From NCBI GenBank assembly GCA_051294905.1, contig CM119371.1, positions 25,422,001-25,486,000 on the forward strand: 64,000 nt of DNA, given 5' to 3'. The stretch comes from Botryllus schlosseri (lineage: Eukaryota). This document shows positions 37,549 to 49,651 of this stretch, piece by piece; position 1 is the first letter of the stretch, and the number at the start of each line of letters is the position of its first letter. A program made the position numbers and the translations under genes. Below the pieces are notes generated by a model. That model searched no databases. It was not told the origin of the DNA and saw nothing but the letters and a program-made list of their open reading frames with translations.

Positions 37549-39261
37549 ATGTCTGCGGACATTCGATGTCATTCAGGTCAGCGATGTCGCTCTTTAATTA
37601 CAATCGCTAACCAACAAACACCTAACGGCATTGTCACCTCTATTGGGCCAACACTTGCATCTGATTGCCCTAATCTCCCCCCAAAACACTATCAAAGTAC
37701 ACCACGTAGTAGTACTAACAGTATATTCTTGAGTCCCACCAACATAGGAGAGATTAGCATAATAGTCGCCAACATGAAAAATAATAAAGCAGAGGGTCAT
37801 GATAGGCTATCTGTGCAAATATTAAAGGCAGTTTTCCCAGCAATTTCTTCAATATTGGCTCATCTCTACAATCAATCCATGGCTTTAGGAATCTTTCCCG
37901 AAGCTCTTAAAGTAGCCAGAGTAGTTCCTGTTCACAAAAAAGGAAACAGAATGTCAATGAATAATTATCGACCAATATCAGTCTTATCTTGCTTAGCTAT
38001 ACTTTTCGAAAAGCTTCTACACTCAAGGCTCTCTGAATTTCTTCAAACCAGATTATGGCCCAATCAATTCGGCTTTCGAACTCATCACAATACTCAACAT
38101 GCCATTCTAGATTTACTGCTCAAGTACCAATCAACAATTATATCTAATGAGGTCGGTTGCTCCGTATTTCTTGACTTGAAAAAAGCATTTGATACGGTAG
38201 ATCATTCAATACTTCTGAATAAACTATGGTATAATGGGGTTAGAGGGACACCGCTAGCCTTATTCAAGTCACATCTAAATTGCCGCAAACAATTTGTTGG
38301 TGACCAATGTACGAAATCTGAGCTAAGCGAAATTACTTGCGGTGTTCCTCAAGGTTCAGCTCTTGGCCCCCTCTTCTTTATCATTTACATAAACGATTTA
38401 CCAGGTGCATCTAAATTCTCAACTACTTTATTTGCTGATGACACTTGCCTATATAAATCTGACCAAAATTTGAGTATTCTACAAGACTCAGTCAATATTG
38501 AGATGAAAAATATCTGTCATTGGATGAGCCTCAATAAATTGAATATCAATGCAACAAAAACTCAAGTCCTTCTTATCAATGTCAGACCTAAGATCTTGTT
38601 ACCTTCTCCATTTTTGACCATCGACAAAGATGAACTATCAACAGTCCCTAATGTCAAATATTTGGGACTATGTATTGATAAAGATTTGAGTTGGAAGCCA
38701 CAACTAGCAGCTCTTGCCAGCAAATTAGCGCAGGCAGTAGGTATTATAGCTCGCTTGCGACATATTCTCCCTAGATCTGTACTAAGAGACATTTATTTTT
38801 CACTTTTCCACTCTCACCTCGACTATGGAATCATCTTTTGGGGGTTAACCTACGATACCTACTTGAATCACATCGCAGTTCTCCAAAATAGGGCTATCCG
38901 TTTGGTAAGTGGCATGGGCCGATACGATCGTCTTTCTCCAAGATATAAATCGCTAGGAATATTGAAAGTGCGCGACCTCTGCACTTATGAAATTGCTAAG
39001 ACCATGTACCGGTATCACCATGGTGAATTCCATTCTGCTCTTAGCCGCATCTTTACGCCATCTGCCGGTGTCCACTCTCACGGAACTAGATCCGCCACAG
39101 CTGGAAATATCTTTATACAGAATTTAGCCGCTAGTGTATGCCAGAGATCCTTAACTTTTGCTGGTCCAAGGATTTGGAACTCCTTATCAATAGAGCACAG
39201 AGGTTTGTCATTTGCATCATTCTGTCGGAATTTTAAGTCTCAGCTCATTTCTACATATTGA
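37549..39261 (+). CDS. Non-LTR retrotransposon reverse transcriptase (CR1/L2-group ORF2, 5'-truncated)
   Basis: Uninterrupted 570-aa ORF with NYRPIS, QFGFR, FLDLKKAFDTVDH, GVPQGSALGP, FADDT, KYLG, HSHGTR. Confidence 0.9.
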   Translation: MSADIRCHSGQRCRSLITIANQQTPNGIVTSIGPTLASDCPNLPPKHYQSTPRSSTNSIFLSPTNIGEISIIVANMKNNKAEGHDRLSVQILKAVFPAISSILAHLYNQSMALGIFPEALKVARVVPVHKKGNRMSMNNYRPISVLSCLAILFEKLLHSRLSEFLQTRLWPNQFGFRTHHNTQHAILDLLLKYQSTIISNEVGCSVFLDLKKAFDTVDHSILLNKLWYNGVRGTPLALFKSHLNCRKQFVGDQCTKSELSEITCGVPQGSALGPLFFIIYINDLPGASKFSTTLFADDTCLYKSDQNLSILQDSVNIEMKNICHWMSLNKLNINATKTQVLLINVRPKILLPSPFLTIDKDELSTVPNVKYLGLCIDKDLSWKPQLAALASKLAQAVGIIARLRHILPRSVLRDIYFSLFHSHLDYGIIFWGLTYDTYLNHIAVLQNRAIRLVSGMGRYDRLSPRYKSLGILKVRDLCTYEIAKTMYRYHHGEFHSALSRIFTPSAGVHSHGTRSATAGNIFIQNLAASVCQRSLTFAGPRIWNSLSIEHRGLSFASFCRNFKSQLISTY

Positions 39262-39533
39262 GACCTGAGAGTACGGTCTAGTATTTATTTTGAACTAGTG
39301 TTCAGTTTTATTTATTTATTTCTCTACTACCACTGTTTTGCGTTTGCGTTTTGTTGTTTAATCTTTTGTTGAAGTGTTACTGACCGACAGTTGCATGATA
39401 TAAATGTACTATCGTTATGCCTTGACTACAGCTGACTTGATGACTACACATCTTGATGTGGTCGTATCGCTGTGATTGTCTTTTTTACATATTTGCGTGA
39501 ACTCTCATCGTACGAATAAAGAATCTGTCTGTC
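37639..39533 (+). mobile_element. LINE insertion (CR1/L2/Crack group)
   Basis: 3' UTR ends AATAAA..(TCTG)n; TGTCACC duplicated at 37632-38 and 39534-40. Confidence 0.8.
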
Positions 39534-39856
39534 TGTCACCAAGCCATCGAAAGATTGGAGCTAACGCATGCTAGGCTCGAGAGATGGGAGCCAACGCATG
39601 CTCGGCTCTAGACGCGATAGTTGGCCAGCGATGATATCTTTCGTACCAGGCCTGTTGCAGATGCGATTGTGTAGGCAAGCGATAATATCGTGTCCGCCAA
39701 TGCAGATGCGACAGTGCAGGCAGCGATGGCACCGGGCCTACTGCTGATGTGATTGTTCATCATGCTCAAGCGAGTGAAACTAGGCTTGTCGGAGACGAGA
39801 TAAAGCAGGCAAGCGTCCCAGGCGATGATTGCCGAGCGCACGGCAATCGATGACAC

Positions 39857-40446
39857 TATAGAAATTAAACATGGAACGGCAACGACCGATTTTGCAGCTT
39901 CGTTCCGCTTCGCCGAGGCTGGAGTGGAGAGTGGTTTTGCGTAAGCGACTGTAGGATTTCTGGCAATCCAAAAGCTATCTTCCCGAGCACAGAAATTATT
40001 GAATATGGTCTTGATCGAAAGCCACTGCTGCACCGATTCCGAAAATATAAAGTAAAATAATGATCAGGCACTGATCCACCTAGAATCCGTCCTCCAAGTC
40101 GAAATATCGGCATTGTTCGAACAATCGGAGAGTCGCAAAGGGTCATTGTTATGGTCATTGTGTTGCGGTTACCCGATTGTTCTGAACAATGCCGATATTT
40201 CAGACTTGGAGGACAGATTCTAGGTGGATCAGTGCCTGATCATTATTTAAATTTATATTTTCGGAATCAGTGCAACAGTAGCTTTCGATCAAGGCCAGAT
40301 TCAATAATTTCTGCGCTCGGGAAGATAGCTTTTGGATTGCCAGAAATCCTACAGTCGCTTACGCAAAACAATTCTCCTCTCCAGCCTCTGCGAAGCGGAA
40401 CGAAGCTGCAAAATCGGTCGTTGCCGTTCCATGTTTAATTTCTATA
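39857..40446. mobile_element. Foldback/palindromic element, ~590 bp
   Basis: ~280-bp inverted arms with a short spacer; TATA at both ends. Confidence 0.9.
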
Positions 40447-41790
40447 ATGACACAATTTCGCGATCATCTCAGCGGGAGATCGCGTCGCGTTACATTGTGC
40501 ACAGACAAATCTCGTTAATTGGCAACGCGCTTATAGCTAATTGGCCGCGCGCAACGGGTTACCTCGCTCACATAAGCGGTAGCAGGTAACGTCGTAAACG
40601 GAAATACATTGCGATTCGTTCTAAATAACACAATCGGGGTTTATGCCGATTCATGCCAAACCGAATTCTAGGCATGCCGCATGCCTAAAAAAGTGTCTAG
40701 GTATGCCTGGCATGCCTTGCATGCCCAGGTTCGGCGCCTATGCCGGCCATCCGCAAATCCGGGCCGAAAAAGCACTTCGTCAGCCCACCCCCAAAAACGT
40801 TGATCTTGGGGCCCCCACAGGGCGATAAGCTAAACTTCCGGGGGCTTCGCCCCAAGACCCTACACTTGGGTGGATGTTTTCACCTGTACTTGTAATCACA
40901 TCCATTCTACTCAGCGTAAGCAAAGAGTGTATGTAGCTTATCGCGACAATGGCGACAATTTTCGATCATTCACGATTGAAGCGCTTTTCTCGCGGTCGAA
41001 TTTTAGGCCCAAATTTCGGAGTCGCATATGTTAACCTAAACTTCATTATGTGTGGATACGTCGTGGTGCGGCAATGGCTGACGCTGAAATGCCAATAAAT
41101 CATGCGTATTTCTCGGAGAAGGGCACCTAATAAGCAAGACATTTAGGGACACTAAATCGTGCAAAGCCCGAAAAGAAATTGAAAAATGTTGGAAAAAGTT
41201 TCAAATAAAACGCTATGATTTATATTCATTTGCGAAATAATTTTGGGCCCTTTTCAAGATCGGCCCCTCTCCAAATTGGGCGGTTTGGGGGGCCCCAGTT
41301 ACGGTCCTGCACATAATAAATGAATCGAAAACCAATGATCAAACTGCGCTGCTTAGCGATGAGTGAGCTCGTATCTATTCTGTATTTGTCGCTCGCATGT
41401 CGTCAAATGAAACGTCTTGTACTTTAAGTCAGATCGAACACGTTTCTAGCCCTAATGTTACCTCACGAAGTTTTGAATCAGTTTAAAATTAGATGTTTTA
41501 TTTATTTTATCAAAGGACAAGCCTTCAACATTGCATCTTGAAATTAAAGTATAAAATTGTAATATTCCTCGCGGACCGGCAGGAATGTCGTCGCGGACCG
41601 GCGGTTGAGAACCACTGATCTAGACCAGAGGTCTCAAACTCGAATGCAGTCGCGGGCCAATTTCATAGTTTTTGATGGCGCCGCGGGCCGCAGCACCAAA
41701 ATAGGGGTATACGATTTATTTTCAAGTATAGCGCTTATTTTAAGGGACCTTGCAGTCTGGCATCCCGCACTCGTCGTGAAATGTGATTTA

Positions 41791-44700
41791 GGGTGGATTG
41801 CACAGATGCCGATTGAAAAGTAATCACCGATTGCCTTAATCGGCGATAATCTAATCAGCGAGCAAGGTCACCTGGTGACTCCGTGGTACAGATACGGATT
41901 CGCCTGTGAGTTATCTTATCGCGGATTACTGACGCAAATCGACGCAAATGACGTACGATAGCAATCAGCTGTTTTCGGTCGGTGGCGATATGAACTGTGT
42001 CGTCATAAGGGAGAGATGCGCTCTTCGTGGATACGTATGTTTAGTCGATGTCATGTGCGTATAGCAGCTAACTAAACTGTTGCTACTTCACAGTGTAAGG
42101 TTATGAACGCCAGAACGCGTCAGAACAAACGTTTTGAGGTTATGAAAAGAGGTATTGTAGGGATAGCGTACCAAAATCATCGTCTTATACCGGTATTGCT
42201 ATGCCAGAAACTCTACTACAAATTTCGTATATTGCAGGACATTTATCTCATTACTCTGGGATATCTAGAACGAGATAGATAATTTTCAGATAGAATTTTA
42301 TTTTTCGTTTATTGGCGCATTAGCCGCTTCACCAATGTGAAGATATACAAATTGAGTTCATACACACACATTTGCATACGATTTTGATTTCTCCATACCA
42401 ATGACAATTGGCTCTGCAGGAGTGTCGGAGTAAATTTCAGCCATTGCAAGGATCTAACTGTTGTGCAATGTGCTGTACAAACAGTAATGCATTTATGTTG
42501 TAATTTTGCAATGCAAAGTTATCTGCTGTTACCCAGTTGAGTAATCTTGTTTGTTGACAGCCAAACCTCACTTCAGTTTATGAAGAATTTGGTCAACCAT
42601 AAAATTCAATACAACCTGTTTTATAGAGAGCTATATTAATATAGTGCAATATCGACTGAGAATAACAATGGATCCATATCTCAATGTTCTTGCTACCCTC
42701 CAGATGTTAAAGAGCTAAGAAGATTGGTCAAAGACAGAGCAAATCCATTGGAATATACCCTGGAGTTTACGACACCGATAACGTGACGGCACAACCGAGC
42801 ACGACTTCAGCGCAGACAGATTGTTCAAAATCACTTCTCTGGAATGCCTTGAGTATTTCATCTCGTGTTTGAACACCAATAACCACACATTCAATTCCTC
42901 ATCAATTATTTTTATTACGAGATCCAGTAGCCTATGCTGTAGTCAGAATTGGACAACTAGAAAATCAGCTTTTCAAAATTAGACTATAATGATAATTATG
43001 GCTGCATATTTTTCCAAATTAGAATAGAGTTATAGACAGTAGTTATTTTTCAATTAAATTAGAATAGGGATTACTGAATATGTGAAAATTTGGAAATTGA
43101 ATCTGCACAACTCGCTTACTATTGTAGAGTTCTACTGTAGAATTTTCAGCAAAACCAGAAATGAAGTTAGAATTATATTACTGGCATTTTGCACTTACTA
43201 TTCTAATTATACAGCCAATTAACTAGTAGTTGTCCAAGTCTGGTTTTTGTGCTATTTCGATTCTTTGCTGTATTTTCTCAATTTTGCAGTTCTTTTTCCA
43301 TTTTCAGTTTCTGGTACTTGACATGCATCTGTAATTCAAAATATTTCATTCTGATATCATGCTGCTCCTTTGCCATTTCCAGGACGCTCATTTCTGAACA
43401 CCACATTTTGATCACCAACATTATAGTTAAAATATGATTTTTTTCATCAACACACCTGGCTCTCTTTTTCGAGACAATTGGGGTTGAGCTTTTTGTGTTC
43501 TCTGTTTCATCTTGCATATCTGAATGTAGTAATGAATAACCTGTGGGTTGCATCACCATCATTGTATGCTAACACTTACCGGTCTGGTGTTCCATCCTGA
43601 AGTCTGTCGAGGGAACTGAAGGAAGCGTCACATCGCCATCAACAACAAAAAGGGCAGCAATTTCATTTGCTGCAAGAAAACTAGGGTTAACAACAGTTGT
43701 ATTGATTCAATAGAGCAATGTTAATGTCGATCAAAACAACCCGCAATGTTCTATTTGAAGTATTCGTGTGGCTATGTATGTTACTACCAACACGATTCAT
43801 ATGGATTTCAAATTAGTACCTCAACTTACCATCGCTGTTGTGACATGAAGAACCAGCCTCTGTGTTCAGACTGTTCACATCCTCGTCGATGATGAAGGTG
43901 CAAACTGAATCTTCGGAATATGCATCTGAATAAACATTTTATTTAAAATTTTTAGTTAGAAATACATTAGAAAAGTTACTTTCAAGTTATTTTTTCACGG
44001 TTTATCTTAACCTCACGAAACATAGGAAGGATGGATGACTAAAATCATGACTTGACTCGAGTTGGAATAGGATGAATGGATTTGACTCGAGTCACTGCTT
44101 CAATATGACATACGGCATGAGAAATCCTGACTCGAAGTCAAATCTTCAAGTCAAGTTGCAAGCCTAACAATAATATGGCCAACGATACTGCTCAGGCACC
44201 TGCACAGTAGCAAAGCCAGACTGTTGCAAGTGGATGCAAGTTCCTCTGTCCTTGGTTGTAACATATTAAAAAAGTTTATGTCCTAAACGCAATCGTAGTC
44301 ATACCAATGTTTCAAACATTCAATTTGAGATGGAATAAGGTCTGAAAAGTTATAATAAATATACCAGTGCTATAAAAATCAATTGCAGATTGATCAAGGG
44401 GAGGTTCAGATTAGGAATTTGCTGAGCAGTGTTCCCCATGTGTCGTTTTCGTATAGCTGATGACGTGCAGCAGTCTCTGGATATGGTTAGTTTGTTGGGA
44501 ATTACAAAAAGACAATAAATAAATCCATGTTTCTCATGATCATCAAAATTTGTCTATTCAGTTCAAAACGAGCGTTAAAACGTGAGTATGAAGCACGCAG
44601 AGAGTCACGATAAACACAGATGGAAACAATGATCTCTTACTGCGAATTTTAAAGAATTGTCAGTAAAATTACCTATCGAAAACCTTTTCGAAGGAGTTCG

Positions 44701-45405
44701 TCAACTGGAGGTGGGCCAGTTTCGGCCCGTTTGACGCGTCGTGATGCATATAACTTTCTTGCTTTTCGTTTCAAATTTTTCAATACATTCTGGAATTGGC
44801 CAGTTGTACGGCTGCACGCGCAGGACCAGTATTCATAGCAGCATATTTCTTACTAATTACATCTAAGGCCGCATCTTTTTGTTTTGCCGTCAGTCTTTTT
44901 GTCTTCTTTGGTTTCGATATATTCTTCCATCAATTCAATTATTCTAAACTTTTCCTGTCTGTTGCAATTTTTCGTCCTTGTATTTTAATTCCCAAGTATA
45001 CTATCGAATTCTGTACAGAGTACAGTACAGTCTGTAAAAAAATGTCATACCGGTAATCATAGCATAAGGTACTATCGACTGTGGTAGGTCCACGCCCATA
45101 ATATGCGCCAACAGTTGTAGTAGTGTCTGAGTACAATGTTTTCAGCTAATACCGCAGCTGCACGTCAGAGCATCCAGTTAACACCATCTCAATACCAAAT
45201 ACTAGTGTACCTGTAGCCAGCCCAGACCGCAGTCAACGCGAAGCACACAGCCGATTAACTTTCTAGACACCTCGCTCGGCGGATAACATTTGCCCAATTA
45301 AAATTCACCGATTAGTGGCAGATCGGCATCTGTGCCACGGAAGCCAGCCGATTACTGACGTTTAATCGGCGATTAGGAATTAATCGACATCTGTGCAATC
45401 GACCC
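41791..45405. mobile_element. PIF/Harbinger DNA transposon, degraded
   Basis: TIR GGGT(G/C)GATTGCACAGATG(C/T)CGATT; TTA TSD. Plus-strand transposase end RLQRRQIVQNHF (~42800). Convergent minus-strand Myb/SANT-like remnant LKNLKRKARK..ETGPPP (~44700-44930) and coiled-coil last exon 43278-43562. Confidence 0.75.
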
Positions 45406-45884
45406 TTACTATTGTGAATTCACGCCTGGTACGAAAAATATCACATTTTCAAATATTTGAATAAATTTGTTGTTGCATTTGACATAGTCTGTCAAAGAAG
45501 TAGTTATAGACCCCATGCGAGAGTACAAATGCATCGCATGACATCGTAAAAGTTGTCGCGTTATAATTTGGCAGCTAGCGGACATTTGACGTGCCACAAT
45601 TATTGGTACATTATATAAGAATTGAACAAAGATTGACCTGATATCAGAGCATTGGAGCAATACATCCTAATCCGCGTTGCGGGCGTACTCCTGATAACTA
45701 GGCTATTGATCATGTCAATAACAAAGTAAAATTATATCAGCGTTAGAATTACAGATCAATAACAACTGCCGACAGATTAATGTACCATAGCATAGAAATG
45801 TCTAGTCGCCGACGAATCCATTGGTGTGGTGCAATGGAGCGTAGGCCACCGCTACGTTACTCGCAGAAAATAACTTAACTACAC

Positions 45885-47825
45885 CAGTGGTTCTTAAACT
45901 TTTTTCCTCCAGCGCCCCCTTTCAAAAATTATCGTGCTCCAGCGCCCCCCACCTCATATTGTAAGGACTATAATGAGGACAATGGGTAAGAGGAAGGGTC
46001 GTAACAGCACTTCGTCAGCCAACTAAAAACGATTATCTTGCGCGCCCATAGCGTGATAAACCGAACTTCTGAGGGCTTCGCCCCCAAGGAGCCCGTCGCG
46101 TGATTTCGATGGTCAGCAAAGTTTGTGTGGCCTGGGGCGCCAGAATTTTCTATATTGCATGAATGAAATAGGTGGTAATTGCATATATATGTCGCTATAA
46201 ACTTTTATCTTCTCAGCCCACGTAATCAGATTACCAGTAGTGCTGAGTAAGCTGTTGTATTGGAAAATGAAGGCCACGTAATTAATAATTGAACATATTC
46301 GGGCGCGACGTCGACAAGTACAATTAATTCGTTACATGTTGTTATTTTGTTACCTCTTTTCCGCTACATAGTGAAAAGATATTGAAACGCACTAAACTAA
46401 TGTTAGCACATGATTCAAAATTGGTATTTCTTCACCGGCAAATAATTTTCTCTGATGAGTGTTATTTGTCATGTGGGGTGCAGATTGATGATAATACCGC
46501 ACGAACGATTTAAGCACCTATGGGCAATTAGATTTATACACATCGAAGTTTACGTTCAACATAAGGGCAATCCTCTTCGGTTAAGGTTTTCTCGCTGACG
46601 ATATTTTTGACACACTTCTCGGAGTCCCATACTGACCGGAACTTCATATGTCTTCGTGCATCGCGGCGTGGTAATGGCCGACGCCAAAATGCCTATTTCT
46701 ATTTTCTGTAATTATGTCTGTATGTATGTATTCTTGCGTGGCGAAATCGTCAAAACATGTTCAATTTATGTTCATTCCCCGAAATAATTAAGGGCACCCT
46801 TCGAGCTCACCGATTGTGGGTTTGGGTTGTAGCAGTTTCGGTCCTGATAAGAGGTCAAAGTCCAGTAGGTCTTTTTGAGTATTGGAAATATTGCGCGCTT
46901 TAATCGCCCTCGAAAACCATTCGACTATAATAAACCATATAATCTTTGTGTGTGGTATATTCAGGGTCAAATCAAGGTTGTTCTAACAACAATTGGTTAC
47001 GGTCTCATACCCTGTGGTTCGAACCATCCCGAATTCACATCTGCGATTGACAATATGTGGAAATTAATGGTATTGGATTTTGTCTTAGTGCTTTGTGTAA
47101 CTATAAGTAAGTCAACTGAGAATGGGATGCATATATCTGCTCACATAGAATTTAGTACTGTACCCAGTTAGTAATTTTAACATGAATGTATTCCGAACAA
47201 AGCACCTCGTATTATATAACGTTCATGTGAGGTTGTGAACCACATCATTAGATAGTAACATCCTACGATGAAGAAATATTCTGACGATTTAATTTTGTAG
47301 CTCTCAAATACAAGTATGTTTAGTTATTCATTTCGTGCAAAAAGCTTCAAACCATATTTCATGTACAAGGGCTCTCACTCTCAAAAGTGATCTACAGTGA
47401 CTCCTTCTTCGATTTTCACACGCTGCGCGCTGCGGGATATAATACCTAATTCGAAACAACTTGTTGAAAATAACCCTGGCAAGCGTGACGGCAGTGTTTT
47501 AACGGGAAATTGGATGGATTCGTTCTACATTAATTATAATAACTCATTACATTTATGAAAACATATGAAGCAGACATCGTCGCGTAGCGTTACCAAAAAT
47601 TTCGGGATTCGACATGTTTTGTGGAATGTTAATTTGTTTTGAATACTCATTAAGGATATGTCATACTACTACATCGTCTACTGGGAAGCCATTTTCTTCA
47701 GCGCCCCCATATCGCCCCCCCTGAGCCCAGCGCCCCCCCATATCGCCCCCTGAGCGTTTCCGCCCCCTTCAAAATCGCAAGCGCCCCTGGGGGGGGGGCG
47801 CTGGAGGCAAGGTTAAGAACCACTG
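45885..47825. mobile_element. hAT MITE with GCGCCCCC subterminal motifs
   Basis: TIR CAGTGGTTCTTAA; perfect TSD AACTACAC; related right-end fragment at ~11330-11909. Confidence 0.85.
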
Positions 47826-48744
47826 AACTACACATTAAGGGGGGACAGAATGCCAATGGTTGCCATACCGACCAACTTAAATAGCTCAATACGCTCCGCA
47901 ACGGCGTTTCGCTATATTACTATTTCCCAGAACAGTTTGGTAGTTTGTTGCGTCTGTGGTTGTACCAAGTCACGACTTTCCGAGTCACAAGTCCTTCTCT
48001 GATAGTAACGTTTGATCCGACTCAACTCTAGTCATTCTTATTTTATCACCCATTCAGTACGAGTTCGAGTAATTCTACAAAACGTCGCGTCCAAAAACAA
48101 ATCACAATTTTCAGTCACGAATTACTATCAACGGGTCAAGTCCTATCATCATAAACAGGTAACGTGACGTATATAGCTGATCTTCCACCGCATGGTAACT
48201 TTTGCAAGGGATGTGATAGTAAAGTTTGATGAGTATAGTTTCAGTATTTTGGACTAGTTATAGAGCGAATTTTATGTTTTCAAATCTAAAAAAGATATGC
48301 GGCAGTAAATATTGTCGAATACTTAAAAATCCAAAATGCCGACGCGGGCCGCACAAAATGATCTGGTGGGCCGCATGCGGCCCGCGTGTTTGAGACCTCT
48401 GATCTAGACTATACAAACAGGATTTGTGCTCTTCTTTCAATAAAACTAAAATGTCCTAGGAGTACGCCCAAATGTCATCTTTGTTTCGCAATCCGCCCTC
48501 TTAATTTTGTTTTCATCGTTAGGCGACCACACAAAGGCGGCCATAGTTATACTCCCAACAAAGTACACGTGTCAATCTTTTTTTTCTGGAGCTGTCGTCG
48601 AAGTTGACAAAGGTACCGACGCGTTAAGTTGACTGTCAGAATAATCTGTATAAATTTACAATTTTTATGTCTATTATTGATATTTGAAAAAGTGTCCTCT
48701 TTGTCGGATCTTAAAATATGGTAACCCTAGATTACGCAACTTAC

Positions 48745-48874
48745 TAAATATCCACACCAACAGAAGGACACCTTTGTTAGTAATCAGAGACCGTTCATCT
48801 GAAAATGCACTGACTATACAGCCAGGCTGGCATTCGTCTACTCCGGACAAACAATCCTTGCTGCCGTCGCAAAC
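48745..48874 (-). CDS. LDLa-GPCR exon: LDLa module, hinge and start of TM1
   Basis: ttctag| VCDGSKDCLSGVDECQPGCIVSAFSDERSLITNKGVLLLVWIF |gtaagt; phase 1 matches the exon at 33763. Confidence 0.88.
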
Positions 48875-49590
48875 CTAGAAATCGAGAGATTCGACTTACC
48901 AAAGTAAAAAATCCTTATTGGACGCGACTGATGCGTTCCATAGTCATTGGTTTAAATATATCAGTTTCGTGTACCCGGATTGACGTATAAGGTAATAAGT
49001 CTGTCATTGTGGTTCTACTCCGTTTGTTATTATTCCCGAAGTGTCAAATATGCTGATTTTGCATTACTGCACAGAAAAACGTCAATAAAATTGCAACATT
49101 GAGTCACGAGATCCATGGTGTAGGTAATGGAAATAAAATAGGAAATTATATGATTTGCAATAAATATCTTCCTTTGTTATATTATATTTATAGATGCTGT
49201 ATTTGTACGGATATAGCACTTTGCAAAATCAACAGTGTATTCTGATGTTTGACTTGAGCGATCTATAATTATGGGAAACGGATAAATGATATACTTCAAA
49301 TGCTTACCGCTTTTTCCTGAATGTATGCTCCATTGTGAGTACTATCGCACGAGAAATAAGTGCAATTTCTTGTGACTTTACTTGAACTTTCCAAAGAACT
49401 ATTTTTCTAAAATGTATATACATCTGAAGTTCTATATCAACACCAAGGGAATTTGTACCAGTTATATCGTACTCTCGAATGGCGAAGTATGCTAATGAGT
49501 AACAGTAAATTATTCACTGGCATTTTCTTCATGGATAAGCTGCTTATAACAGGAGTATTACCATTCAATTCAACGCTAGCATGGATGTAC

Positions 49591-49651
49591 CTGACTTTCT
49601 CTGCTTCTTTTCGTCAACACCTCGTGATAGGATACACTGATACAACGGTAC
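49591..49651 (-). CDS. LDLa-GPCR ectodomain exon (probable)
   Basis: ctacag| YRCISVSYHEVLTKRSRESQ |gtacat; 61 nt, phase 2-0, fits both neighbours. Confidence 0.6.

Larger units (their letters stand above)
34240..41617. mobile_element. hAT-Charlie element expanded by nested insertions (intronic unit 1)
   Basis: TIR CAGTGGTTCTCAACC, subterminal CGCGGACCGG; TSD ATCTAGAC (34232-39, 41618-25). Confidence 0.85.
41626..48401. mobile_element. hAT-Charlie element expanded by nested insertions (intronic unit 2)
   Basis: TIR CAGAGGTCTCAAAC; TSD ATCTAGAC (41618-25, 48402-09). Confidence 0.85.

Noticed and set aside
39608..40589. Paired similar ORFs on both strands
   Set aside because: Artefact of the foldback palindrome.
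46811..46843. 33-nt mini-exon (DRNCYNPNPQS) in the GPCR intron
   Set aside because: It lies inside nested TSD-bounded elements, and the phase-1 junction it would interrupt already reads as a continuous TM1.
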